Positions 1 to 9,595 of a stretch of DNA of 64,000 bases are shown piece after piece. Each line of letters starts with the position of its first letter. Position 1 is the stretch's first letter. A model generated the notes under the pieces. That model did no database searches, was not told where the DNA came from, and saw only the letters and a list, made by a program, of their open reading frames with translations. Source of the DNA: an uncultured Candidatus Rokubacteria bacterium (GTDB lineage: Bacteria > Methylomirabilota > Methylomirabilia > Rokubacteriales > CSP1-6); contig CAVRLO010000015.1 of assembly GCA_963721815.1 (NCBI GenBank), positions 76,163 through 140,162 of the forward strand. The letters are read 5' to 3'. The translations under genes and the position numbers were made by a program.

Positions 1-797
1 GCTGGGTCGCCTTCGGCTTCGTGATGCTGTTCTTCGTCGTCACGGTGGTCCTGCCCGCGGTGATGCTGATCCAGGTGAGCTTCATCCGGTTCATCGGGCT
101 GAACATCTTCGACCCCGAGAGCTACACCCTTGACAACTGGCGCCGGATGCTCACGTTGCGAATCAACCGCCTGGCGCTGACGAACAGCCTGGTGATGTCC
201 ATCGTCGCCACGACCGTGGGCATGGTCATCTATTCGCTCGTGTCCTACGTCGTCACCCGGAGTCGCTACAAGGGCCGGCGCCTGCTCGACCTGGCCGCGT
301 GGGTGCCCTGGGCGGTGCCCTCCCTCGTGCTCGGCCTCGGGATCCTCTGGGCCGTCTTGCTCTCGCCGCTGGCCATCCTCTACGGCACCTTGTCGGTCCT
401 GATCCTCGCCCACATCGTGCGCGGCTTTCCATTCGGCACGCAGATCATGGGCTCGAGCATGATCCAGATCAGCCGCGAGCTCGAGGAAGCCGCGCGCATC
501 CACAAGGCGTCCTGGCCGGCGACGTTTCGACGGATCTGGCTGCCGCTCGTGAAGAACGGGTTCGTGGCGGGCTGGGTGATCCAGTTCACCGTGTCGTTCA
601 GCGACCTGGCGACCGTGGCGTTTCTCTACGGCGCCAAGTCGACGGTCCTGCCGACGCTCTTCCTGAGCCAGTGGTCCAACGGACGCCTCGAAGAGGCCGC
701 GGTCGCGGCGCTGATGATGACGGTGGTCGTCCTCGCGGTAGTCGTGCTGGTGCGTCGTCTCGTGCAGGGGAGCGTGCGCACGACGACCGTGGCATAG
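1..797 (+). CDS. ABC transporter permease (Fe3+/thiamine-type, C-terminal part; 5' end outside window)
   Basis: Multiple TM helices; EAA loop 'ISRELEEAARIHKASWPATFRRIWLPLVK'. Confidence 0.85.
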   Translation, partial: WVAFGFVMLFFVVTVVLPAVMLIQVSFIRFIGLNIFDPESYTLDNWRRMLTLRINRLALTNSLVMSIVATTVGMVIYSLVSYVVTRSRYKGRRLLDLAAWVPWAVPSLVLGLGILWAVLLSPLAILYGTLSVLILAHIVRGFPFGTQIMGSSMIQISRELEEAARIHKASWPATFRRIWLPLVKNGFVAGWVIQFTVSFSDLATVAFLYGAKSTVLPTLFLSQWSNGRLEEAAVAALMMTVVVLAVVVLVRRLVQGSVRTTTVA

Positions 798-834
798 TAG
801 CCTCGCAGGCGAGTCCAGGACAGGAGGCAAGGTG

Positions 835-2181
835 ATGCTTTCCAGAGAGGACAATGAGCTGCTCTGCCGGGTCGGGCGCGGCACGCCCACGGGTGATCTC
901 CTGCGCCAGTACTGGATCCCCGCGCTCATGATCGAGCGAGCTCCCGGAGCGAGACGGCGCCGCCCGTTCGCGTCCGGCTCCTCGGCGAGAATCTCATCGC
1001 CTTCCGGGTGACGTCCGGCAAGATCGGGCTGATCCAGAACCACTGCCCGCACCGCGGCGCGTCGCTCTTCTTCGGCCGGAACGAAGAGGAAGGTCTGCGC
1101 TGCGTGTACCACGGCTGGAAGTTCAGCTGCGAGGGGCACTGCGTGGACATGCCCAACGAGCCGGAGGAGAGCAACTTCAAGTCGAAGATCCACGCCACGG
1201 CCTATCCGTGCGTCGAGCGCAACGACGTCATCTGGACCTACATGGGCCCGCGCCGGACGCCGCCGCCCTTGCCCGACATCGAGCCGAACATGCTGCCCGC
1301 GGGCGAGTACGCCGTGCAGAAGGTCCTGCGCGAGTGCAACTGGTTCCAGGGGCTCGAGGGCGACATCGACACGAGCCACCTCGGCTTCCTGCACCTCGGC
1401 GCCGTCAAGCCCGAGCAGACGAAGCCCGGCACGTTCGACTACTACAACGTCGCCGACCGCGCCCCGAAGTACGAGGTGGTCGACACGGAGTTCGGCACCT
1501 CGTACGGCGCCTATCGGCCCGCCGAGGCCGACAGCTACTACTGGCGCATCGCGCACTACCTGTTTCCGTTCTTCACGATGATCCCGACGGGCATGCTCGG
1601 CATGCAGGTGCTCGTGCGCGCCTGGGTGCCGATCGACGACGACCACATGATGTTCTGGAGCTTCACGGCGCCGCGCTCGCGCGTGGGCACCGGGGCCGCA
1701 GGCGGCGCGTCGGGGCTCAACGCCGGCGGACGGTCCGTCGCGGCGGCTGGCTCGCGGGCGGGGGGCTTCGAGTTCCTGCCGGACACCTCGGACTGGACCG
1801 GCAAGTTCCGCCTGACGCAGAACAAGGACAACGACTACCTGATCGACCGCGAGGCCGCAGCGCACCGACAGCTTCACGGGCATCGCCGGCATCCACCAGC
1901 AAGACCAGGCCGTCACCGAGAGCATGGGCCCGATCTACGACCGGACGCAGGAGCACCTCGGCACGTCCGACGCGATGGTCATCCGCACGCGCCGCCGCGT
2001 GATCAACGCCGCGCGGGCGCTCCGTGACAACGCCACGACGCCGCCCGGCGTCGACGACCCGACCGTCTATCGCCACCGCTCGGGCGGCGTCATCCTGCCG
2101 CGCGACGCCGACTGGCTCGAGGCCACCAGGGGGTTGCGGCGGGCATTCGTCGAGGCGCCGCCAGAGAAGATCACGCGATGA
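835..2181 (+). CDS. Rieske non-heme iron oxygenase alpha subunit, phthalate 4,5-dioxygenase-like; frameshifted near 930-960 and 1860
   Basis: AGGAGG RBS then ATG 835 (MLSREDNELLCRVGRGTP); Rieske motif CPHRG...CVYHGW; 'EGDIDTSHLGFLH'; C-terminal 'QEHLGTSDAMVIRTRR'. Confidence 0.85.
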
Positions 2182-3125
2182 CGGCGGGGTCGGGGACGAC
2201 CGTCCTCAAGACCGCGGTCGCCAGCTACGCGCACACGAAGGCGCTGAAGGACGGCAGCGTCACGGCGCCGGGCGTCCGGCTCGATCACGTCGAGGTCAGC
2301 CCGATCGTCGCCGCGTTTCGGCGGATGGTCCGCACGCTCGAGTTCGACGTCTCAGAGATGGCCATCACGACGTACCTGACGGCCAAGGCCCATGGCAAGG
2401 CGTTCACCGCGTTGCCGGTGTTCGTCATGCGGCAGTTCCACCACTCGCCGATCGTCTACAACGTGAAGTCGGGCGTGAAGGCGCCCAAGGACCTCGAGGG
2501 CAAGAAGGTGGGCGTGCGCGCCTATACCGTCACGACCGGCGTCTGGGCGCGCGGCATCCTCGCCAGCGAGTACGGCGTCGATCTCGACAAGGTCACCTGG
2601 GTGGTCGTGGACGAAGAGCACGTGCAGGAGTACAGGAAGCCCGCCAACGTCGAGGAGCGGCCGGGCGCCAACCTCGGCGAGATGCTGGTGAAGGGCGAGC
2701 TGGCGGCCGCCATCGGCGTCGGCGCCGTCGACTCGCCCGACGTCATGTCCTTGCTCGTGCACCCACGCGAGGCGGAGGCGGCGTGGTACCGCAAGACCGG
2801 AATCTATCCCGTCAACCACACGGTCGTCGTGAAGGATTCCTTGCTCCAGTCCGATCCCACCCTGGGACCGCGTCTGTTCGGCGCCTTCAAGGACGCGAAG
2901 GCCGTGTTCCTGAATCAGCTCGCCTCGGGCGCGACCTTGCCGGCCGACGCCCAGGCCGTCGCCCAGCGCCGCAGCGTGGTCGGCGACGATCCGCTGCCGT
3001 ACGGCCTGGCCAAGAATCGCAAGGCGCTGGAGGCGATCATCCAGTACGCCCGCGACCAGAAGATTCTCCCGCGCGCGGTCACGCCCGAGGAGATGTTCCC
3101 CCGCAATACCCTGGACCTCGAGTAG
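2178..3125 (+). CDS. 4,5-dihydroxyphthalate decarboxylase-like protein (periplasmic-binding-protein type 2 fold)
   Basis: 'EFDVSEMAITTYL', 'KDLEGKKVGVRAYTVTTGVWARGIL', 'IYPVNHTVVV'; ATGA overlap with the Rieske gene. Confidence 0.75.
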   Translation: MTAGSGTTVLKTAVASYAHTKALKDGSVTAPGVRLDHVEVSPIVAAFRRMVRTLEFDVSEMAITTYLTAKAHGKAFTALPVFVMRQFHHSPIVYNVKSGVKAPKDLEGKKVGVRAYTVTTGVWARGILASEYGVDLDKVTWVVVDEEHVQEYRKPANVEERPGANLGEMLVKGELAAAIGVGAVDSPDVMSLLVHPREAEAAWYRKTGIYPVNHTVVVKDSLLQSDPTLGPRLFGAFKDAKAVFLNQLASGATLPADAQAVAQRRSVVGDDPLPYGLAKNRKALEAIIQYARDQKILPRAVTPEEMFPRNTLDLE

Positions 3126-3126
3126 G

Positions 3127-3982
3127 GTGCGCGCCGCGGCGCTGGCCGCGCTCTGCGTGGCGACGCTCGCGGCGACGGCCTTCGCTCAATCGAGGCCGAC
3201 GGCCGATTGCGGCGAGGTCGTGACCATCCAGACTCACGACCGCACGACGACGCGCTACGTCTTCTCGCGCCCGACCGCGCCCACGGCCGGCGAGCCCATC
3301 GCGGTCGTGCTGCTCCCGGGCGGTGGGGGCCACCTCGACCTCGATGCGAACGGGTGTCCGCGCGCCCTCAAGGGCAACTCGCTGGTCCGCTCGATCCCAG
3401 ACTTCCGCGCGCTAGGCTTCGCGACGGCCCTGGTCGATTCGCCGTCGGATCATGTCGGCGAGGACGGACTGGCCGGTTTCCGGTCGTTCTCCCAGCACGC
3501 GGACGACCTCGGCAAGGTGATCGCCGACGTGCGCGCGCGGGCGAACGGGCTTGTCTGGCTCATCGGGACCAGCCGGGGCACGATCTCGGCGGCCAATGCG
3601 GCGTCGCGGCTGTCCGGCCCCATGGTGCCGGACGGCGTCGTCCTGACCTCTGCGCTGACGGTGGGGAGCCGGAGCGCGCCGCGGCCGTGGCTGTCGCAGA
3701 CCGTGTTCGATCTGGCGCTGGAGAAAGTTCGGATGCCCGTGCTGGTCGTCGGCCACGCCGCCGATGCCTGCCTCCGCTCGCCCGCCGCCATGATAGACAA
3801 GATCACCGCGCGCACGAACGGGGTGCGCGAGCAGGTGGTCACGATCAGGGGCGGACCCGGGGTCTCCGGTTGGCACTCAGGTCAGCATCGACTCGTGTCA
3901 GGGCCGTACGCCGCACGGCTTCGTCGACCAGGAAGCAGAGGTCGTCGCCGGCATCGTCCGCTTCATGCGCGGCGGAACCTGA
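3127..3982 (+). CDS. Secreted alpha/beta hydrolase; frameshift near 3880
   Basis: Signal peptide, 'LLPGGGG', nucleophile elbow GTSRG; alternative frame ends QEAEVVAGIVRFMRGGT*. Confidence 0.7.
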
Positions 3983-4459
3983 CTAACCCGGCCATCTCCC
4001 TGGAGGTCACGCGGCGCGGGAGACGCATTGACGAGCTGCGTCGCGCGAGGCGCTGGTAGACGTGGGCCGTTCGGCGAGGATCGCCGACAAAGCGAGATTC
4101 GGCAATCTTCCCAAGGCGAATCAGAGAGACGAGCTGGGTCCTGTTCAGCGGTGATGCTGGTGCAAGAAGCCTGAGACGAGTCGTAGAATCTGACCGAGCG
4201 AGTCCCTGAGGCCTCCAGCTTGCTGCTGGTGTGCTCGAGCCTGCTGGTTGTCGCTCTCTTCAGCTGAAGCTGCTGCCCCAGGGATGCTCCGGTAGTCGCT
4301 TCGCAGTCGCTCCGTTCGGTCTCGCGTAGCTGATCGCAACATCCGGAAAATGAAACAATCTTCACGGTAGGACGGTCCGCTACCGTGTTTCGTGCGCGAA
4401 ACTTCAGCCTCTGCAGCCGCGAGCATCGTCATTCCTCACGATTTCGAGCCATCTGCCTT

Positions 4460-4474
4460 TGGTATCAAGTTTGC
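4460..4474 (+). promoter_or_regulatory. sigma54 -24/-12 promoter
   Basis: TGGTATCAAGTTTGC: GG-N10-GC, about 55 nt upstream of the PEP-CTERM gene. Confidence 0.6.
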
Positions 4475-4528
4475 CTCTCGTAGCAGGCCGTAGAAGAAGC
4501 GCCATGTCGGCGCTATGTCGATTGGAGA

Positions 4529-5203
4529 TTGGGAGCTATGACATTGCCCGTCCGGAAGACCCTGACGAGCGCGGGGATCGCAGTGCTCGTCCTTTTGATG
4601 ATTGCCGACACATCTAGCGCACCCGTTAGCATACCCGTCCCCGAGTTCGTCATGAGCTCTCACAATGCCGGGTCGAAGGTTCTCGCCCAAAGCCTGCGTG
4701 GCGACAACCAGCTCGGGATCAGTCTTGGCAGCGCTCTCGAGCGACTCGAGCCGAGTTGGACGGCCGAACGTGGGGGCGGAGTCCCAAAGCAAGGCGACGA
4801 GGCTCAGAACGCCTTTCTGGAGACGTGGTCGACGGCGTCGGCCACCCAGCTCGGCAACGGTGGCATGGGAGGCCACGACGCCGGCATGGGAGGCCACTAC
4901 CCCGGCATGGGAGGCCACTACCCCGGCATAGGAGGCGACTACTCCAATGCCGGCGGCGGCGACAGTCCCGCAGCCGCGCCGTTCGGATGGCCAGGTGGCC
5001 TGGCGGGGCAGGGCGGCCCCGGAATATCCGGACCCGGCCGCGCGAATGGCAATGGCGGCTCCCCAAAGTCCGGCGATGACCCCGTGAAGGTCCCGGAGCC
5101 AACCAGCCTTCTGCTCGTCGTCTTCGGACTCGCGACGTTCGGGATCTTCTGGATGCGGGCGCCCGAGCTCGCGAAGCAGCGTATCTGCCGCGCCCGCCGC
5201 TGA
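4529..5203 (+). CDS. PEP-CTERM sorting-domain protein, Gly-rich
   Basis: N-terminal signal-like helix; C-terminal VPEPTSLLLVVFGLATFGIFW followed by a basic tail. Confidence 0.85.
   Translation: MGAMTLPVRKTLTSAGIAVLVLLMIADTSSAPVSIPVPEFVMSSHNAGSKVLAQSLRGDNQLGISLGSALERLEPSWTAERGGGVPKQGDEAQNAFLETWSTASATQLGNGGMGGHDAGMGGHYPGMGGHYPGIGGDYSNAGGGDSPAAAPFGWPGGLAGQGGPGISGPGRANGNGGSPKSGDDPVKVPEPTSLLLVVFGLATFGIFWMRAPELAKQRICRARR
4862..4945 (+). repeat. 4 x 21-bp coding tandem repeat (GMGGHDA/GMGGHYP/GMGGHYP/GIGGDYS)
   Basis: ggcatgggaggccactacccc units read directly. Confidence 0.9.
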
Positions 5204-5342
5204 CCGGGTTCACCGGCCTTCCCAAGGCCGTCCTTCCGACGACCTACCTCGCCCCTGATCGCTCCCTGCTCGCCTTGACGATGAGAGCGGGCGAGGACTA
5301 GGATCTCGCCTACTCGCAGGGATCGACGTCGGGGAGGGCTTC

Positions 5343-6395
5343 ATGATCATCGATTGCCACGGCCACTACACGACGGCGCCGAAGGAGCTCGAGGCCTATC
5401 GGCAAAAGCAGATCGCCGACCTGAAAGAGCCGTCGAGCGCCCGCTCGAAGGGCACCATCAGCATCAGCGACGATCAGATCAGGGAATCGATCGACAAGGC
5501 CCAGCTGAAGCTTCAGCGAGAGCGCGGCACGGACGTGACCATCTTCTCTCCCCGCGCGGCCGGCATGGGGCACCACATCGGCGACGCGACCACCAGCCTT
5601 CACTGGTCAGAGGTGTGCAACGACCTGATCCATCGGGTCTGCACGCTCTTCCCGCAGAACTTCGTCGGCGTGTGCCAGCTGCCGCAGACGCCCGGCGTGC
5701 CGCCGACCAACTGCATCCCGGAGCTCGAGCGGTGATCAAGGAATTCGGGTTCATCGGCTGCAACCTGAACCCGGATCCGTCCGGCGGCTACTGGAAGGAT
5801 CCGCCGCTGACCGACAAGTGGTGGTACCCGTTCTACGAGAAGCTGGTCGAGCTCGACGTGCCGGCGATGATCCACGTCAGCATGTCCTGTAACCCGAACT
5901 TCCACACGACCGGCGGCCACTACATCAACGGCGACACGACGGCGTTCATGCAGCTGATCACCGGCGACCTCTTCAAGGACTTTCCGAGCTGAAGTTCATC
6001 ATCCCTCACGGCGGCGGCGCGGTGCCGTACCACTGGGGGCGCTATCGCGGCATCGCGCAGGATCTGAAGAAGCCGCTCCTCAAGGACACCTGCTGAACAA
6101 CGTCTTCTTCGACACGTGCGTCTACCACCAGCCGGGCATCGACCTCCTGTTCAAGGTGATCCCCGCCGACAACATCCTGTTCGCCTCCGAGATGGTCGGC
6201 GCGGTGCGCGGGATCGACCCGGAGACCGGGAACTACTACGACGACACCAAGCGCTACGTCGACGGGCTGCGCATCAGCGACGAGGACCGCCGGAAGGTCT
6301 TCGAGGGCAACGCGCGCCGCGTCTACAGCCGCTTGAAGAACAAGATCCCCGCCTCGCGCGTGAGGAGAGAGCCATGGCTGAGACTCCGCGGTTGA
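5343..6395 (+). CDS. ligJ: 4-oxalomesaconate hydratase (amidohydrolase family); frameshifts near 5733, 5990 and 6090
   Basis: MIIDCHGHYTTAP, 'IFSPRAAGMGHH', 'NLNPDPSGG', 'AMIHVS', 'IPHGGGAVPYHWGRYRG', 'NILFASEMVGAVRGIDP'. Confidence 0.85.
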
Positions 6396-7235
6396 ACGGC
6401 GTCATCCGGGCCCTCGAGCAGGGCAAGACCGCTTTCGTCGGATTCGGCTCGGTCGACATCGAGACCGCCAGCGCGCTGGCTGCCTCGAACCTGGACGGCG
6501 TGGCCTTCGAGATGGAGCACGCGCCGATGAGCGCCCCCGCCTTGCGCGACGCGCTCCAGTACATGCTCGACCGCCGCCAGATCCTCGACTCCGGCACCCT
6601 CGCCCCGAAGGTGACGCCGCTGGTACGCATTCCGCCGAACGGCGGCGAGATGAACCAGTGGATCGCCAAGCAGGTGCTCGACATCGGCGTGTTCGGCATC
6701 ATCTTCCCGCACGTGAGCACGGTCGAAGAGGCGCGCAACGCCGTCAGCGCCTGCCGGTATCCGCGCCTGCCCAAGCGCGCCCGCTACCAGCCGCCGGGAT
6801 TCGCGGCGACGCCCCGGCGCGCGCCGCGCGCTACTGGGGGCTCTCGCAGCAGGAATACTACGCCCGCGCCGACGTGTGGCCGCTGGCGCCCCAGGGCGAG
6901 ATCCTGGCGATCATCCAGTGCGAGGACACGCGGGCGATCGAGAACCTGCCGCGCATGCTCGAGGAGGTGCCGGGCATCGGCGTGGTGCTGATCGGGGAAG
7001 GGGACCTGAGCCAGGAGCTCGGCCATCCGCGCGAGTACGAGCACCCGGTGGTCGCCGAGGCCATCGAGCGAATCTTAAGATCTGCAAGGACCACAACGTG
7101 CCGTGCGGCCACCCGCATCCGGACGCGAAGAACATCGAGCGCCTGATCGCGAGCGGCTACCGCTTCCTGATGCCGAGCACGCCGCGGTCGTTCGGAGTGC
7201 TCGAGCAGGGGCGCAAGCTCGCCGGCCGGATCTGA
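6374..7235 (+). CDS. HpcH/HpaI family aldolase; frameshifts near 6800 and 7075
   Basis: 'FEMEH', 'PLVRIP', 'KQVLDIGVFGIIFPHV', 'VLIGEGDLS'. Confidence 0.8.
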
Positions 7236-7290
7236 GTGACCGAGGACCCTGGCGCCCCGGCGCTACCGCCAGGCTGCGCGCCGTTTCCAG

Positions 7291-7500
7291 CGTCCGGATG
7301 ACATCCTGGTGCGCGCCGAGGCGTTCCTGGACGAGATCGGCCGCGGGGTAGGGCCCCGTTCCCGCCAGCTATCGAAAGGCGCGCGTGAGAGGCTCCTGCG
7401 ACTCTGTGGCCCGACAACGTCCGAGAGCTGCGCAGTGTGATCGAGCGCCGTGATCCTCTGCGAGGGGAGGGCGGTCGCGGGCGAGCACCTGCCCATCGCC
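7291..7500 (+). pseudogene. Remnant of a sigma54 activator (C-terminal AAA+ segment)
   Basis: Reads PDDILVRAEAFLDEIGR and WPDNVRELRSVIER..VILCEG, paralleling 11270-11460. Confidence 0.6.
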
Positions 7501-7733
7501 GTCGCCGGCGCCCAGCGCGAGCGGCTGCCGCCTCGGCCGGCGGCGATGCATCGCGGGGTGATCCAGAAGGCGATGGCCCAGGCGCGGAACAACAAATCCG
7601 AGGCCCGCTGCTCGGCTGGCGCGCGTGCCAGCCTACTCCCGAATCCAGCGCCACGGCTCGACACCTAGCAGCCGGCGCAGCGACGCGTCCACGACTGACT
7701 TGCCGGGAGGACAATCGTCTATACCCTAGCTCA

Positions 7734-8007
7734 ACGCGGTTCTCGTGGGATCCGCCAAAAGCGGCGGCTAACCTGCGAGCGCATGGCGTGAGCTTCGCGG
7801 AGGCGGTCACCGTGCTCGAGGATGACCTGGCGCTTACCCGCGAGGATTCCGCTGCTGTCGGCGAAGCGCGGTTCGTGACGCTAGGACTGAGCAACGGGCG
7901 AACCTGCCGCCGAGGAGGACGCTTATCAGGAGCGAGCCATCCGATTGATCTCGGCCTGGAAGGCGAACAAGCGGCAGAGGGTAACCTATGAAAAAGATCG
8001 ACGCTGA
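7734..8007 (+). CDS. brnT: BrnT family toxin; start appears as ACG, internal frameshift
   Basis: RFSWDPPKAAANLRAHGVSFAEA...RFVTLG; second frame RLISAWKANKRQRVTYEKDRR*. Confidence 0.75.
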
Positions 8008-8281
8008 AAAGTATCGTGACATCGATTTCTCGGGCGCCAGGCGAGGGGCCGTCGTGATGCCTGAGCCGGGCAAGACGAAGATCTCGATTCGTCTCGACAA
8101 CACCGTGATTGAGTTCTTTCGAGCGGCAGTGGATAGAGCCGGCGGTGGAAATTACCAGACGCTGATCAACGACGCGTTGCTCGAATACATGCATCGTCGA
8201 GCGACACTCGACGCTGTGCGCCAAGTCGTTCACGAAGAGCTCAAGCCCTACACCACCCGAACGCGGTCCACGCGTCGCTGA
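7988..8281 (+). CDS. brnA: BrnA family antitoxin
   Basis: 'KTKISIRLDNTVIEFFR...NYQTLINDAL'; overlaps brnT. Confidence 0.85.
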   Translation: MKKIDAEKYRDIDFSGARRGAVVMPEPGKTKISIRLDNTVIEFFRAAVDRAGGGNYQTLINDALLEYMHRRATLDAVRQVVHEELKPYTTRTRSTRR

Positions 8282-8345
8282 CCTCCGGCGCGAACCCGCG
8301 GTGTGGTCGCGCGGGAGTATCTCGCGGAGGAGTAGCATTGAGACG

Positions 8346-9569
8346 ATGGCGAACACGCGCGCGAGCGCCTGCATCGTAGGCGGAGGGCCGGGCGGGCTCA
8401 TGCTCGGCCTGCTCCTGGCCAAGCGCGGCGTCGACGTCATCGTGCTCGAGGGGCACGAGGATTTCGAGCGCGAGTTCCGCGGTGAGGTCCTGCAGCCGAG
8501 CACGTCGCATCTGCTGGACGAGCTCGGGCTGCTCGAGTACGTGCTGGCCCAACCCCACTCGCTCCTCGAGGTCGGCAAGATCCGGCTGAACGGCCGCGAG
8601 GTCGGCGAGTTCGAGTTCAAGCGGATCGCGCCCCGCTACCCGTACGCCATCTGGATGCCGCAGCCAATTTTCCTCGAAGCGCTCAGGCTCAAGGCCGTGG
8701 GGTTCCCCTCGTTTCAGTGCTGGATGGGCGCCAAGGCCACCAAGCTCCTGGAGGAGCACGGCAAGGTGGTGGGGGTGAGCGGCGTGCGCCACGGCAAGGA
8801 AGCCTTCGAGGTTCGCGCCGACGTCGTCGTGGCGGCCGACGGCCGTTACTCGACCCTGGCCCGCCTGGGCGGGTTCGAGACCGAATACGAGCACCACGAC
8901 TTCGACGTCATCTGGTTCACGATCGAGCAGCCGCCGGGCTGGGCGAGCACCTTCTACGTCTCCCTGGGCGATGTGCGCGGCCTGATGCTGCCGAAGTATC
9001 CGCACCATATCCAGGCCGGCTTGGTCTTGCCCACCGGCGAGTGGAAGCGCTGGCGCGACGAGGGAGTGGCGAAGGTGGCCGACCGCATCCGGCGCTTCGA
9101 CCCGATCTTCACCGAGTTCGCCGGTTCTCTGCGAGACTTCAAGCCGTTCTTCCCGCTCGAGGGCATCATCCGCCTGATGCGCGAGTGGTCGCGCGACGGG
9201 CTCCTGCTGATCGGCGATGCCGCGCACACGATGAGCCCGGCCGGCGCCATCGGTGTGAACGTCGCGCTCGCCACCGCCGCCGTGGCGGCGCAGGTGTTGT
9301 ACCCGCACTTCGGACACGGCACGATCGGGCGCGAGGTCTTGCAGGAGGTCCAACGTCTGCGCGAGGCCGACGTGCGTGCGCTGCACCGGTTCCAGCTGGG
9401 CGCTCAGCGGGTGCTGCTGGGCCAGGGGAGCCGCAATCCGGTCGTCAAGTGGCTGGCCCAGACGGCGATCCCGCTGATCGTGCGCTCGCCGCTGATGCCC
9501 AGGTTGCAGCGCCGGCTCTTCTTCGGCGCGCCGCTCCCGCCGCTGGACCCCGCCTTCAGCTTCCGGTAG
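8346..9569 (+). CDS. FAD-dependent monooxygenase/oxidoreductase
   Basis: GxGxxG 'IVGGGPGG', 'AADGRYS', '[18 protein letters not shown]'. Confidence 0.9.
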   Translation: MANTRASACIVGGGPGGLMLGLLLAKRGVDVIVLEGHEDFEREFRGEVLQPSTSHLLDELGLLEYVLAQPHSLLEVGKIRLNGREVGEFEFKRIAPRYPYAIWMPQPIFLEALRLKAVGFPSFQCWMGAKATKLLEEHGKVVGVSGVRHGKEAFEVRADVVVAADGRYSTLARLGGFETEYEHHDFDVIWFTIEQPPGWASTFYVSLGDVRGLMLPKYPHHIQAGLVLPTGEWKRWRDEGVAKVADRIRRFDPIFTEFAGSLRDFKPFFPLEGIIRLMREWSRDGLLLIGDAAHTMSPAGAIGVNVALATAAVAAQVLYPHFGHGTIGREVLQEVQRLREADVRALHRFQLGAQRVLLGQGSRNPVVKWLAQTAIPLIVRSPLMPRLQRRLFFGAPLPPLDPAFSFR

Positions 9570-9595
9570 GCGTTTCCGCGTACAATTCGTCCGAG

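Noticed and set aside
4862-4945. Possible CRISPR array
   Set aside because: Contiguous 21-bp in-frame coding repeats with no spacers and no cas genes.
5733-5735. TGA in ligJ as another Sec codon (also 5990)
   Set aside because: The downstream homology is in a different frame (single-base deletion), and no SECIS-like hairpin was noted.
7157-8620. Long antisense ORFs (also 9404-10747, 10763-12130, 34765-36144, 43367-44668, 49875-50888)
   Set aside because: High-GC shadow ORFs opposite well-supported genes, with no recognisable motifs.
8717-9595. N-terminal extension of the 996-aa sigma54 activator ORF
   Set aside because: It overlaps the monooxygenase in another frame; the real start is probably ATG 9596.
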